Shown in pieces: positions 1 to 14,561 of a DNA stretch of 64,000 bases. The DNA comes from the human T2T-CHM13v2.0 reference genome, Homo sapiens: the NCBI RefSeq assembly GCF_009914755.1, contig NC_060934.1, one strand, 5' to 3'. Made by a program: the position numbers and the translations under genes. Within the stretch, counting starts at the first letter, position 1; every line of letters begins with the position of its first letter. The notes beneath the pieces are model-generated. The model searched no databases, had not been told where the DNA came from, and saw only the letters and a program-made list of their open reading frames with translations.

Positions 1-120
1 GTGATAGTTTGCTCAGAATGATGGTTTCCAGCTTCATCTATGTGGCTATGAAGGACATTAACTCATCCTTTTTTATGGCTGCATAGTATTCCATGGTGTA
101 TATGTGCCACATTTTCTTTA
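1..120 (-). mobile_element. L1PA 3' region fragment, continuing off the left edge
   Basis: gatagtttgctcagaatgatggtttccagcttcatc...tattccatggtgtatatgtgccacattttc is the reverse complement of the L1PA ORF2 end/3'UTR. Confidence 0.9.
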
Positions 121-410
121 TATATATATATATATTATATATATATATTTTATTATACTTTAAGTTCTAGGGTACATGTGCACAATGTGCAGGTTTGTTA
201 CATATGTATACATGTGCCATGTTGGTGTGCTGCACCCATTAACTCGTCATTTACATTAGGTATATCTCCTAATGCTATCCCTCCCCCCTCCCCCCATCCC
301 ACAACAGTCCCCGGTGTGTGATGTTCCCCTTCCTGTGTCCAAGTGTTCTCATTGTTCAATTCCCACCTATGAGTGAGAACATGTGGTGTTTGGTTTTTTT
401 GTCCTTGCGA
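121..410 (-). mobile_element. 5'-truncated L1PA (about PA3-5) 3' end with (TA)n-type tail
   Basis: ttattatactttaagttctagggtacatgtgcac...gagtgagaacatg; ORF 198-413 is the typical L1 3'UTR read-through peptide. Confidence 0.93.
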
Positions 411-1596
411 CACTGCAGGGGTAGATAGGTTACTAGTTTTGCCACTGCAGAGATGATTCCCACCTCAAATGCTGCCTCATTTCACCTGCCTTGAAAGGAG
501 ACTTGATATGATTTCCTTGTCTTTTATTTGCCTGCCAATAATATTCCACCTGATAAGAGGTGGCTGCAGTTGCATTACTGGGACAGCCCTTTTCTTTTAT
601 TTGTCCTCCTCCTCCCCTCCCTCTCCTGTCTTCACTATAGCAAAATAAGTCTTTGTGTCTCATTTCATTGGTCTTCAATCCTTTTAGGGTTTTTTTTGTT
701 TGTTTTCATCACTCCACCAAGAAACAAGGGTCTGAGGCTGCTATTATGTTAGTTAGGTTGGTAATAAGCTTGAAGTTGCTACTCTACTTGGTCAATAAAG
801 TCTGAGCCCAGCAGGTTGCACATCTGTTTCATTAAGAATAAAAGGTTTCTGTGCAGACAGCGACCCATTGGGTGTATGCAGCTGCCAGAGAGGACACTCT
901 GTGACTCGGTATGAAGCCCAGGAGATAGCAATAGTGAACTTGTAACATACATTTAAATACATTAATTACTTTGGGTGTGAAAATTATCACAAAAGAGTAA
1001 CAGTAAAATCAACATAACTAACCATCACCCTATCATAATAGGCCCTTTTTCAAGTCTGTCTGCTGATCCACAAGGTTGACTGTAAATAGGGTGCTTTCTC
1101 ACTCTGTGTCTTATGTAAGACAAGCACTTAATACTTAAAGTGAATGTTGCTTTTAGCAAGGCTGTCATTTAGTTTGTGTCCTGGCCCAGTTTAGACAGTT
1201 GCCTTCAAGGCAATAAATATTATCAACTTTTCCCTTTTCAAACTATTTTGCAAGGAAATCAATTCTCATACTATAGAATATATTTCTAGTATGACTGCAG
1301 TTTTTATTATTTAGATCTTAATTATCTTAGGTATTTTGCTTTTCTATTTTCTTCCTTTTCATGTCAGCTTTAGAGAAATTAGATATTGTTTGTTTGTTTT
1401 CTATTTTCCTCATAAAATGAACTAGGAAAATAAAAATTCAGCAATATACTCCTATTATTAAATGCCCTAAAAATATATAGAAAAAATATGCCCAAGGAAC
1501 CTGGGATAAATGTTTTGTATCAGAAATTTTGTGGCCACTTTGTGGCCCTGCTAACAAACATCCTTTAAGCTGCTTTTTATGGTGTTTCTTTTTCTC

Positions 1597-1633
1597 AACA
1601 AAACAAAACAAAACAAAAACAAAACAAAAAACA
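1597..1633. repeat. (CAAAA)n simple repeat
   Basis: aacaaaacaaaacaaaacaaaaacaaaacaaaaaaca. Confidence 0.85.
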
Positions 1634-2207
1634 GTATTCCACGTTACCATTGCTAAAAAGAACTAAAACAACAAACTGCAATTTTTGGAGTCAAATCACA
1701 AAAGGAGTCAAGGTCAAAATACAGCCATGGCTTGATGAAGAAAAGCACTCCTGTGTTAACAGCATACATTATTGCAGAAACCCAGCTGATGGGACATCTG
1801 AGAAGATCATTAGCAGTGGCCACACGGTATTGGCACAAGTTTCATTTTTTTCCCTAATGGTTATTAGTGGAGTTTTATGATTCTAAATTATTCATAAAAT
1901 TGTCTAAGACATTTAAATAATGTAAAAAAAAAGTTCTAAAATTTGTTTTTAAGTATTTGGATTCCCTTTCTATGCATGCTTGGGAACCAGCAAGGACATC
2001 CATTCCTGTGAGGGTATGACAGCCCTGGTGGACGCTTAAATCAAGGATTTGAAAATGATTTTTTAATGTTTGCTGTTTTCATTTATTCATATTCTGTTTG
2101 CACATTATTATTGCTATACTTGGGAGCTAATAATGAATTACATTGAAAGCTATACTCGTCAAGGTATTCTGAAGAAATTCAATGATTTCGATATACTGAT
2201 GCAAATA

Positions 2208-2286
2208 TTAGATTGGACTATATGAAATTGACATTGTTAGGTCGTTTTTGCTTGTAAAAATGATAATTTCATAATGTTTAGCCTAG
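2208..2286. mobile_element. MADE2 mariner-derived MITE (about 80-bp palindrome)
   Basis: ttagattggactatatgaaattg...aatttcataatgtttagcctag with flanking TA dinucleotides; matches MADE2 structure. Confidence 0.8.
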
Positions 2287-2458
2287 TATTTTCATTTGGA
2301 AATTAGTCATCTTGTGCTTTTCATTGTGTTTTGGTTCTGGTTTTGCTTTTTGCTTTTTATACTTTTAAATTGTCTGAACAGTAGTTTATTTATCTTGGAT
2401 GTTGGATTTTTAGTGTAAAATGTGACATATCCAGTGAGTGGAAGGGTGAAAAATAATT

Positions 2459-2615
2459 AATGGATATGGGATTTCTTTGGGAGGTTATGAAAATAGTCCA
2501 GAATTAGATAGTGGTGATAGTTGCACAATTCTGTGACTATACCAAAAGCCACTAAACTGTACATTTTTAGAGGCTCAGCTTTATGGTACGTGAATTATAT
2601 CCCAATTTTAAAAAA
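2459..2615 (+). mobile_element. Old L1M 3' end fragment
   Basis: ttagatagtggtgatagttgcacaattctgtga...tttatggtacgtgaattatatccc, an L1MB-ME 3' terminus. Confidence 0.75.
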
Positions 2616-3344
2616 TCCAAAGGTGTAAAAATTGGGAAGGAATAAATAAAACTGTCTTTGGTCACAGATGACATGATTATCTACATAGAAAATCTGAAAG
2701 AACCAAAAAAATGTCCTGGAATGAAGAAGCAATTATAGCAAGGTTGTAGGATAAAATGTTAATATACAAAAGTCAGTTGCTTTCCTATATACCAGCAATA
2801 AACAATTGAGACTTGAAATTAAAAACACAATGTCATTTACATTAGCACCAAAAATTGAAATATTTAAGTATAAAACTAACAAAATATGTATAAGATCTAT
2901 ATGAAGAAAACTCAAAGCTCTGATGAAAGAAATCAAAGAACTACTAAATAAATGGAAATATATTACATGTTTGTGGATAGAAAGATTGAATATTGTTAAG
3001 ATGTCAGTTCTTCCCAACTTGATGTATAGATTCAATGAAATCCTAATCAAAATCCCTGAAAGTTATTTCATGAATATCAATAAACTGATTCTAACATTTA
3101 TATGAAGAGGCAAATGACCCAGAATAGCCAACACCATATTGAAGGAGAAGAACAAAGTCGAAGGACTGACATTCCCCAACTTCATGACTTACTTTAAAGC
3201 AACAGTAATCAAGATAATGTGGTATTAGTGAATGAATAGATAAATAGTTCAGCCAAAAGAATAAATTCCCTTCCCCTCAAGAAATAGACCAACACAAACA
3301 TATTCAACTGATCTTTGAGGAAGGAGCAAAAGCAATACAATGGG

Positions 3345-3707
3345 TGATATGTTTGGCTGTGTCCCTACCCAAGTCTCATCTTGAATTGTAGTTCCCATAA
3401 TCCCCATGTGTTGTGGGAAGGTCCTGGTGGGAGGTAATTGAATCATGGGAGCGGGTTTTTCCCGTACTGTGCTCAGGGCAGTGATTAAGTCTCATGAGAT
3501 CTGATGGTTTTATAAATGGGAGATCCCCTGCACAAGCTCTCTCGCCTGCTGCCATGTGAGATGTGACTTTGCCCCTCATTCACCTTCCACCATGACTGTG
3601 AGCTCTCCCCAGCCATGTGGAACTGTGAATCAATGAAGCCTCTTTCCTTTATAAATTACCCAGTCTTGAGTATGTCTTTATTAGCTGTGTGAGAACAGAC
3701 TCATACA
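3345..3707 (+). mobile_element. THE1 (THE1C-like) MaLR solo LTR
   Basis: TG...CA termini tgatatgtttggctgtgtcc...gaacagactcataca; 5-bp TSD ATGGG at 3340-3344 and 3708-3712. Confidence 0.92.
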
Positions 3708-4307
3708 ATGGGGAAGATAGTCTTTTTAAAATAGGGTACTGGAACAACTAGACAACACATACAATAAAAAAAGAAAAGAATCTAGACACAGACTCACATC
3801 CTTCACAAAAACTAACTCAAAATGGATATAAATGCAAAACAATAAAGCTCCTGAAAGATGACACAGAAGAAAACCTAGATGACCTTAGATGTGGTAATGA
3901 CTTATTAGATACAAGAAAAAAGCCACAATCCATGAAATAAATAATTGATAAGCCAGCCTACATCAAAAATTTCTGCTCTCTGAAAGACAATGTCAAGAGA
4001 ATGAGAAGGCAAGCCAATAACTGGGAGAATATATTTGGAAAAGACACATCTGAAAAAGGACTATTATATAAATTATGCAACGAACTCTTAAAACCCAACA
4101 ATAATAAGACAACCCAATTTAAAAGTGGGCCAAAGGACTTAGCAGATATGTCCCCAAAGAATATATACAGATAGAAAAAAAGCATATGAAAAGATGTTCT
4201 ACATTTCATTAGAGAAATGCAAATTAAAATGATGAGATACCACCACACACCTATTAGAATGGACAAAATCCAGAACACTGACAACACCAAATGCTGACAA
4301 GGAAATG

Positions 4308-4593
4308 GAATAGCCAACACCATATTGAAGAAGAACAAAGTCAAGACATTCCCCAACTTCAAGACTTACTTTCAAGCAACAGTAATCAGGATAACATGGT
4401 ATTGGTGAATGAATAGATAAATAGTTCAGCCAAAAGAATGAATTCTCTGTCCCCCAAAAATAGACCAACACAAACATATTCAACTGATCTTTGAGGAAGG
4501 AGCAAAGCCAATATAATGGGTGATATTTTTGGCTGTGTCCCCACCCAAATCTCATCTTGAATTGTAGTTCCCATAATCCCCACACATTGTGGG
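4308..4593 (+). repeat. Direct local duplicate of 3122-3417 (L1/THE1 junction)
   Basis: The same L1 segment, ATGGG and first ~73 bp of THE1 recur about 1.2 kb downstream at roughly 88-90% identity. Confidence 0.93.
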
Positions 4594-5607
4594 GATTCAT
4601 TCATTACTGGTGGGAATGCAAAATGCTATAGCCACTTTGGAAGGCAGTTTGGCAGTTTCTTACAAAACTAAGCAGACTTTTACCATGTGATCCAACAATC
4701 ATGCTCCTTGGTATTTACCCAAAGAGAAGTTGAAAACTTCTATCCACATAAAACCTTTACACAGTTGTTTATAGAAGTTTTATTCATGATTGTCAAAACT
4801 TGGGAGCAACAATGATGTCCTCCAGTAAGTGAATGGATAAATAAACCATGGTATATCCAGACAATGAACCATCACTCAGCACTAAAAAGAAATGAGCTAT
4901 CAAGCCTTGAAAAGATATGAAAGAATCTTAAATGCATACTACTAAGAGAAACAAGCCGCCAATTTGATTCCAAATATATGACATAGGTCTCTATACAACA
5001 TTCTTGAAAAGGCAACTAGGGAGAAAGTAAAAAAAAGATCAGTGGTTGTCAGGTTCTGGGAGGAAGGAGGGATGAATAGGTGGAGCACAGAGGATTTTCA
5101 GGGCAGTGAAAATACTTTGCATGATACTATAATGGTGAGTACAGGTAATCATACATTTGTCAAAACCTACAGCATGTACCATGCCAAGAGAGCATCCTAT
5201 GGACTTTGGGTGAAAATGAAGTGCCAATGTAAACTCGTTGATTGTAATAAATGTACCACTGTGATTCAGATATTGACAGTAGAAGAGGCTGTGCACATGT
5301 AGGGACAAAAAGTAGACGGTGACTTTCTGGATTTTCTGCTCAATTTTGCTATGAACCTAAAACTACTCTAAAAAGTAAAGTGTGATTTAAAAATTTTATC
5401 TGTACTTATAAAAATGATGAAGGATGTCTTCTAAAGTTGGCAAAGCCACATTTTATTAAGGATGCTCTTCATCTGGTTTTACCTGGAATAATCAAAGTGG
5501 TTTCCCTCAAACACATTTCCTGTCTGTTTAGATTCTGTAATTTTCTACTTGGAATTTGGTGAAGATACCAAAGAAAATGTTCAAAATGATGAAACTTCCC
5601 ACTGCAA

Positions 5608-5642
<35 letters not shown>
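5608..5642. repeat. (GAT)11 microsatellite
   Basis: Perfect gat run. Confidence 0.97.
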
Positions 5643-5643
<1 letters not shown>

Positions 5644-6229
5644 TACTTAATAGTTATGTAACTGTAGAGATGCATGCCAACTAACTAGAATATAAGTATG
5701 GAGTCCTAGGTTTGGGTCCAGGTTGAAATTCTAGCGACTCACAGAGGCAAAAAAAGTAAGGAGCAAGAGAAAATTCAAGCATCCCAGAAAAACTGACTCA
5801 GGGAACACCTGAATAGCACAAAGCATCAAGTTGCAAAAATCTCAAGTCTGGTAGACAGCAAAAATATAAAGACTCAGCCATCAGGTTCAGCCAGACGGAG
5901 TAGGTGCAGGAGAAGGAAGAGCAGGTGGAAGCCAGGATGTACTGGGAGATATTCATGTATCAAAGGTAGCAGCTTTTTAATGTCCCTCATTCAGCCCATC
6001 TCACAGGCGTGGATGAAATGTCCCTAACAGCAGTGAGCTGAGCCAGGCATAAATAAGCTTCTAGTTCCTCCTGCTCAAGAAACCAGTGGTATCTGTTCTC
6101 ATCTAGAACTGAGATTCTTTTTATTCCTGGTCCACTGATCTCCATGGCCTGCAGGGGCTGCAGTTCTGCTGTCTCCCTTGGAGCTTAGTGGGTCCTCTGT
6201 GAGGTTGCATTCCTTCTGAGCAGAATAGT

Positions 6230-6350
6230 TGCATTCATTTCTCAGCAAATCTTTATTGAGTATCTACTATGTTCCAGGCATTCTTCTAGGATGCAATGGT
6301 GAAGAAACAAATGAAAAGACCAGGTTACTGCCTTCATGGGGCTTTCGGCC
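6230..6350 (-). mobile_element. L2 3' end fragment
   Basis: cattcattt...agcaaatctttattgagtatctactatgttccaggcatt. Confidence 0.7.
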
Positions 6351-6719
6351 TAGAATGGAAGCTATGGCAACCATCAATCCACAAGGCATGCATGCGTGTG
6401 GAAACTTCCCCTGAGTGGAGCCTTGGGGGAGGAAAGTACTTGGGCTGTGCATTGTGGAAAGAGGGCCTTGATCGAGGCAGGGAAGGCCTTCCCAGGGCGT
6501 GGGGAGTCAGTGAGGCCTAAAAGAAGAGTAGAAGTTATTAGGAAGTTGGAGACCAATTCTAAGCACCGGGAACCTTGTGATGGAATGGGATTTTGTGCAG
6601 CTGGGATTTTGACAATGGGATTTTGACAATACCACACCACATATCAGATGGTGGCAGTGTATGTGATATGTTCTGTGTAATCATTTCCAGGACACAAGGG
6701 TGGCAGGGGCAGTTAGTTG

Positions 6720-7190
6720 TCTGCCGTTGCCTCCTTGGTAACAGGACCCTGATGCTTGGCTGGGACGATGGCACCTAGAAAAGGATTGCATTTCTCAACC
6801 TCCCTTGCAATTAGGTGTAGCCATGTAATTATCTGGAGACTAACCAATGAGATATAAGTGATCAGTTGTACAGGACTTCAGGAAAATATCTTTAAAAAGA
6901 GAGGGTAAGAACATCTTCTTCCTGTTCTCCTTCCTCCTGCCTAGAATGTAGAGTAAATGGATGGTGCTGCAGCAGCCATTTTGAACCATAAGGTGACTTG
7001 GAGGCTGGAAGTCCACTCTAGCCTACTAGATTATAAAGCCTGTAGGGGACTTGGTCCCTGATTATATGAATTTCCCATTCAAGCTCTAACTGCCTAAGTT
7101 GACTTCATTTACATGACAGAAAAAAAAACCCTTGTGTGTTTATGCCTCAGTGATGGGAGTTGGAATCTCAGTTACCTACAGCTGAATGAC
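6720..7190 (+). mobile_element. Old MaLR/ERVL LTR (MLT1J/K-like)
   Basis: catttctcaacctcccttgcaattaggtgtagccatgt...gcagcagccattttgaaccataagg. Confidence 0.6.
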
Positions 7191-7389
7191 ATGCCAGGAA
7201 TCAGGAGGTCATTGAGTATCCCAGCTTATCCCACCTTACTGTTGTCAAGCATTCTATACCAGATGTACAGCAGAATGCATCTCAACTGTCTCATCCATTT
7301 TCATAATTTTTCTGCCTAAATATAAAAGACAGGACCAGATGCCTGTCCTTTGGAAAATCCCCACCAGTTATTTCATCACCAATTCTTTT

Positions 7390-8241
7390 TTGTTGTTGTG
7401 TTGTTTGGTTGGTTGGTTGGTTGGTTTTGTTTTTTCTTTCCAACTTTTAGGTTCAGGGGTACATGTGCAGGTTTTTTACATGGCTAAATTGCATGTCATG
7501 GGGGTTTGGTGTACAGATTATTTTGTCATCCAGGTAATGACCATAGTACCCAATAAGTAGTTTTTCAATCCTCACCCTCCTCCCAGCCTCCACCCTCAAG
7601 TAAATCCCAATGTCTGTTGTTCCCTTGATTTTGTCCATGTGCACTCAGTGTTTAGCTCCCACTTATAAGTGAGAACATGCAGTATTTGGTTTTCTGTTGC
7701 TGCGTTAATTCACTTAGGATAATGGCCTCTAGCTGCATCCATGTTGCTGCAAAGGACATTACCTCATTCTTTTTTATGGCTGCATAGTATTCCATGGTGT
7801 ATCTGTACTGCATTTCTTTATCCAGTTCACTATTGATGGGCATCTAGATTGATTCCATGTCTTCACTATTGTGAATAGTGCTGTGATGAACATAGGTGTG
7901 CATGTGTCTTTATGGTAGAATGATTTATACTCCTTTGAGTATGTGCCCAGTAATGGGGTTGCTGGGACAAATGGTAGATCTGTTGTGAATTCTTTGAGAA
8001 ATCTGAAAACTGCTTTCCACAGTGGCTAAACTAGTTTACACTCCCACCAGCAGTGTTTAAGCATTCCCTTTTCTCTGCAATCTCACCAGCATCTGTTACT
8101 TTTTGACTTTCTAATCATAGCCATTCTGACTGGTGTGAGATGGTATCTCATTGTGGTTTTGATTTGCATTTCTCTAATGATTAGTGATTTTGAGCGTTTT
8201 TTCATATGCTTGTTGGCCACACATATGTCTTCTTTTGAGAA
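7390..8241 (-). mobile_element. L1PA15/16-like 3' end with (GTTG)n-degenerate tail
   Basis: ggggtacatgtgcagg...; ORFs 7652 and 8083 are L1 ORF2 C-terminal peptides ([21 protein letters not shown]). Confidence 0.9.
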
Positions 8242-9099
8242 CATCACCAAGTCTAAAATTATCCATCTTGGAAGTGAATGTCTGGCTAAATCCAATCTTC
8301 TAACAATTTTTAACAACACTATCAGAATCTTTTAACAGACCTTGTACTCACACAAGGGATGAAAGTGTTGCTTAGTGCTGCAAAGGGGAAGAACAGTACT
8401 AACAAAATACTGTTTAGGTTATCAGCTTTAAGTCACTTTTATAGGTATAGAACTAGCAAGTGAAGCAGAAAAAAAATGAAATATTAATGGTTTGATCACA
8501 TTACTCTGTGACATTGTAGGTGGCAGGATGGGGTTGTCCAGGTAAAGGTAGGTCTGGGGGTTCATCTGAAGAGTCTACAGGCACACAACAAGCATCAGAG
8601 GTCAAAGCAAGGAAGAGGGAAGAAGTAGCCAAGAAGGTTCCAGAAGCCTGCACTTGTTAGATTTGACTTCTCATCCTAAGGAAGGCTATTTTATTTTATA
8701 TACTAGGTGTGAGTGACTGTGTAACCATAGGAATTGTTTATAATGGAAAGAAATCACACATCTTCAGAAAAATGCTAACCTCCACTGAGGCAGAGGCAGA
8801 AACTCTAGGATTACTTCACAGCCAAAAATATTTCGGTAGCAAAAACAGATAAGAATGCCTGGTGACCATGTTATTAACTAGAATTCAATGATTGGGGGTT
8901 TCTTAAGATTGAAAAGACTTTTGAGGTTGTATAGTAAATAAGGGCTGGAGGGAAAATTTTTAAATGTGGTACTTGCAGTTTTAAAACATATTCACAAAAT
9001 ATATCTTGGAATTTACTGCCCAGAAAGTGTGGCTTGAGTCCTTTGTATAATAGTTAAATGAATAGCAAGAGAAAAGAAACCTTGAAGTCAACTAAAGAT

Positions 9100-9830
<731 letters not shown>

Positions 9831-10352
9831 CTCTTTTGTCTGTGTTCCCAGTTGCCTTTTTTTAAATTGGGATAACTATCTTGTTTTATATAGTTAATTG
9901 AATTTATTAACTTTTTGGTTGAACTGTGGTCTCTTTTTTTTTTGATTAACATGTTTGCAAGATAGATTACTGAGCAACGTTTACATTGAGCTATAGATTT
10001 ATGATCTTTGTACGGCTCCTATCTTCTGTCAATAATTCTCTATGTGGATTAACTGCACTGGAGAAAACCAGGGGAAAAATGAACAGATGGAAACTGGAGG
10101 GTGGGGTAGGAAGTAAGTTCATGGGGATCTGAAATCAACAGAAATCCAGATGGACATTCAAGGGAAATTGAAGAGTGTTAAAAAAGAGGAAAAAAGTGCT
10201 TGAAAGTGAAAGGAAGAATGGTGAAAGGAAAGATAAGTCCAGGAATAAATGTAAAAAGAACGAGGAATAAGAAGTCAATGTTTGGGGGATATAAAAAATA
10301 TAGGAAGAATTCAGTAGCTGTCAACATGACAGTCATAAAGGATTTGGTTTGA

Positions 10353-10592
<240 letters not shown>

Positions 10593-12312
10593 TAATAATT
10601 GTTTACAAACCTATCAAGTGCAAAGTGGCTCTGGTATAACTATAGATGAGAATGGACTTTGAGACAGTCTTAATTACTTGAGTTTGTATAAGAAAATGGT
10701 GGTTCCTAATTCACTTTCCATGTTGGTAAATTAGTTCATCTCTGTCTTCGTCCGAAGACAAACTAGTTGTACATTTGTATCAATTATAGCAAAGTATCAG
10801 CACAGATCTTCAGAGTTCTCTCTTATCCATATGAGAGAAGTATTATTAAAATTAGTCTATTCTGTCACTTTATTCAGTGCTCGTGGGGAGCCAAAAATAG
10901 TAAAAAAATGCAGATTCATTTTTCAAAGGAGGCTGTGTGTACTATTATATGCACTATTAATGATTGTTATGATTAAACAACAAAAACATACAAATTTAAA
11001 GTATTTGGCATCCCTTGAGTGGTGAAATGAAATGTTGCAGTTATGTGGCTACAGAAGAAAAATGTATTCAGATTAAGGCACATTTATGCAAAATCCTGCC
11101 CAGTAATTTCTTTCCTGTCTTCCTGGCCTTGATTCCTTCTGTGGGCCTTAAAAAAAAAAAAAAAAACTCAAAATGTATTTGTCTTAATTTCTCTACCTAA
11201 AACAAATGGATTAGAAACCTTTGTTGAACAGCCCTGTGAGAAATAACTCATTAATAAATGTGAAATATTGCCCAATGGCAAAACGGCATAAGTTTTAAGT
11301 GCTCATTATGCCAGTAAATGTTTCTGCATTGTAAATTTGGATTTTAAGTTATATGGAGAAAAAATACTCAGGTTAGAGCAGAGCAGGTTTTAGTTTCCTC
11401 AAAGTGCATATTAAAACTGAGATAATTTGATAGCCAACCACCAAAATCTATTTTTAAGTTATTTTTTTCAGTTACGACATATTTTTAGTAATTTTTTTCT
11501 TTATGCATTCTTATAACTTAAATATTCAGATTTTAGCTACAGAGGGCATTGTATTAATATTTTCAGTGACACATTAATGTACGCCAAGAATGATTGTATT
11601 GTGTGGTTTGTTTATACCAGTAGTTATATTTGATGTTAGCTATTTGGTACAAAATACAATTCTTATACATTATGGGAACATAAACTTTATTGCTGTCTCA
11701 TTACCATGCAGAAGCCAAATATGAGCAAAAGAATAATATCCTGTATTAATCTTCCAAAGGTTGGCTATGGATAACCCAACTGATTGTGTTACAGTTTAAT
11801 TAATGGAATAAAAAGGGAATAAATAGTTTCAATTCTGCCTAATAAAGGTAATTCTCCCATGGCAAGATATGTACACTGAAACATGATAAAAGAATTCTGA
11901 TGGAATGGCTTTTTGTCTAGTTGAATAACGCAATATTCTCTTCTGTGCCCGTAAAAAAAGATATCTCCGTCCTTAAGGCTATATTTTGTAGTGTCATTTT
12001 AGGTATTCATTTTGGGGGAAAAAAAAATCCTTGCTTATTCAGCTTTAAGGAATTAGATCTCATTGAACTAGAAAAAACTATCTAAAATAGCTTAAAATGT
12101 TTTTTGATTTGTGAAATATAAAAAGTCCTCACTGTGGATAAGTGAAGCCACATTCATTTGAGCAACTTCACTGACCTTTTTCTCCTCTGCATAAACGCTT
12201 GTCCGTTGCTGATGGTTCTGTGGAAATGTCTGCAGGCAGAAAAAAAAATCAGAGGGGTGTATTTTTGCAGCAAAAATTTCAGATGAAGGGGTTTGTATTT
12301 TTAGATGGCTTA

Positions 12313-12648
12313 GTTTTTTTGAGTTTTGTTTTTTTGCGACAGGGTCTTGGCTGTCATTCAGGCTGGAATGCAGTGGTGTGAACACAGTTCACTGCAGCCT
12401 CGACCTCCTGGACTTAAAAGATCCTCCTTCTTCAGCCTCTCATGTAGCTGGCACCACAGGCACACACCACCATACTCAGCTAATTTGTTTTTGTTGTTGT
12501 TGTTGTTGTTTGTTTTGTTTTTGTTTTTTTGTAGAGACAGGGTCTCACTATGTTGCCCGGGCTGGTTTTAGACTCCTGGGCTCACACGATCCTCCTGCCT
12601 TGGACTCCCAAAGTACTGAGATTAGAGGCGTGAGCCACTGCACCCCAT
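12313..12648 (-). mobile_element. AluJ with (TTG)n-expanded linker
   Basis: J diagnostics cactgcagcctcgacctcctgg and gggtctcactatgttgccc. Confidence 0.93.
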
Positions 12649-12854
12649 CAAGATGCTTGATTTGAGTTAATTACAGACATTTTCCTGTAATTTTAAGATT
12701 TTCTGCCAACAAAAGCATTGGAAGAAAGTAAAACGTCACTACATATGTTGAGGTATCCTGAATAGTAGGGCATATTTAAAGACAAAAGAAAATGCAACTA
12801 GCTTTACTTTCTTCCACAAAATTAAGGCTACCTCTAAGTCTTTCTAACTTCACA

Positions 12855-12958
12855 CATCTGTAGCCAGTTGGTTCAACCACCCAGGAACAGATGGTCATGA
12901 GGCCAAGATGTTTTATTTCTGTGCGAACAGGATGGCTTTGTTTTATTCCATAGGCTCA
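12855..12958 (+). mobile_element. Possible MamSINE1 relic
   Basis: gccagttggtt...atgaggccaagatg...gctttgttttattccatagg resembles the tRNA-derived MamSINE1 head. Confidence 0.4.
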
Positions 12959-12972
12959 AGTATATAGCCTGG

Positions 12973-13697
<725 letters not shown>

Positions 13698-14388
13698 CCT
13701 AGACCCGGACATACAGCTTGATCATATTCTACCGGTCACACAGGCATTCAATGGAGACTGTAGACATCTAGGTCCACCAGTGGGAAATAATAGCTATTTT
13801 CTAAAAATAATACCTATTTTTAGAAAAGCATCTTCACAATTTAAGGTTATAACTAATGTGCCCAAGTCCATTCCTGGTAAGCAACAGCTCAGGCTCTTTA
13901 CTTAACAAGGAGCATGTCCAGAACATGCAATCTCAAAAGTGCTACTAAATTCTGCCACCTCAACAACACCAAATCTGATGACAAAGCAGTAGAAAAGCTT
14001 TTTAAGGAAGCCAGTTTGTTCCTGCAAGAGTGTCTTTAATTAGGGATGAGTATTGTAGAAGATGACAGCATCCACTCTATTTTAAACAGAAAAGGAATTT
14101 TGCTCGCAAAATCACTGGAAAGGCTAGAAGATCAGGATCTAGGCTGGGATTCCAAAAGTGGCTTCCTAAAATGACACCACTGAGCAGAGCTGGCTCCTGG
14201 GGAACTGTGCCCTCTGTCAAGACCGGGAAGACGAGGACCAGGAAGCTGCTGTCCCAGATGTCCACTCTTGTATCTCACCACCTGATGCATTATCCAGGGA
14301 ACTGGAAGCCCCTGCCATGCCTCCCGGCTTTTGGGAACACATTGCTTCGCTCTCTTCAGAATGAAAAAGCTGATAGCAGAACCGTTAG

Positions 14389-14561
14389 CAGAACCAGCTA
14401 CATATTCATGTGGCCAGTGCAAAATGAAAATGCAGACCCCCATGTTCACAATTATTAAGACCCAAGACAGCAGCAACAGAGCATTAAGCCAAGCATGGGG
14501 CCCTTCTAATCATGGGAGTCCTGTGTGACTGCTCTGGTCACCTCCCATAAAGCTGGCCCCA
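14389..14561 (-). mobile_element. MER45A (hAT-Tip100) DNA transposon
   Basis: ccagctacata...gtgcaaaatgaaaatgc...agagcattaagccaagcatggggcccttct...aagctggccc. Confidence 0.8.

Larger units (their letters stand above)
2620..5392 (+). mobile_element. L1MC1-like element (ORF2 RT to 3'UTR), interrupted by a THE1 LTR and a local duplication
   Basis: Decayed RT motif LSLVTDDMIIYIEN near 2652; ORF 2923 MKEIKELLNKWKYITCLWIERLNIVKM; L1MC1-type 3'UTR ending gaacctaaaactactctaaaaagtaaag. Confidence 0.85.

Noticed and set aside
2733-5308. Several 60-134 aa ORFs on both strands
   Set aside because: All lie in decayed L1 or THE1 sequence.
5469-5675. Poly-serine ORF
   Set aside because: Antisense reading of the (GAT)n microsatellite.
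6602-6630. 14-bp tandem duplication gggattttgacaat x2
   Set aside because: An ordinary slippage-type micro-duplication.
10743-10760. Palindrome tgtcttcg-tc-cgaagaca
   Set aside because: An 8-bp stem is expected by chance in 64 kb, and there is no supporting context.
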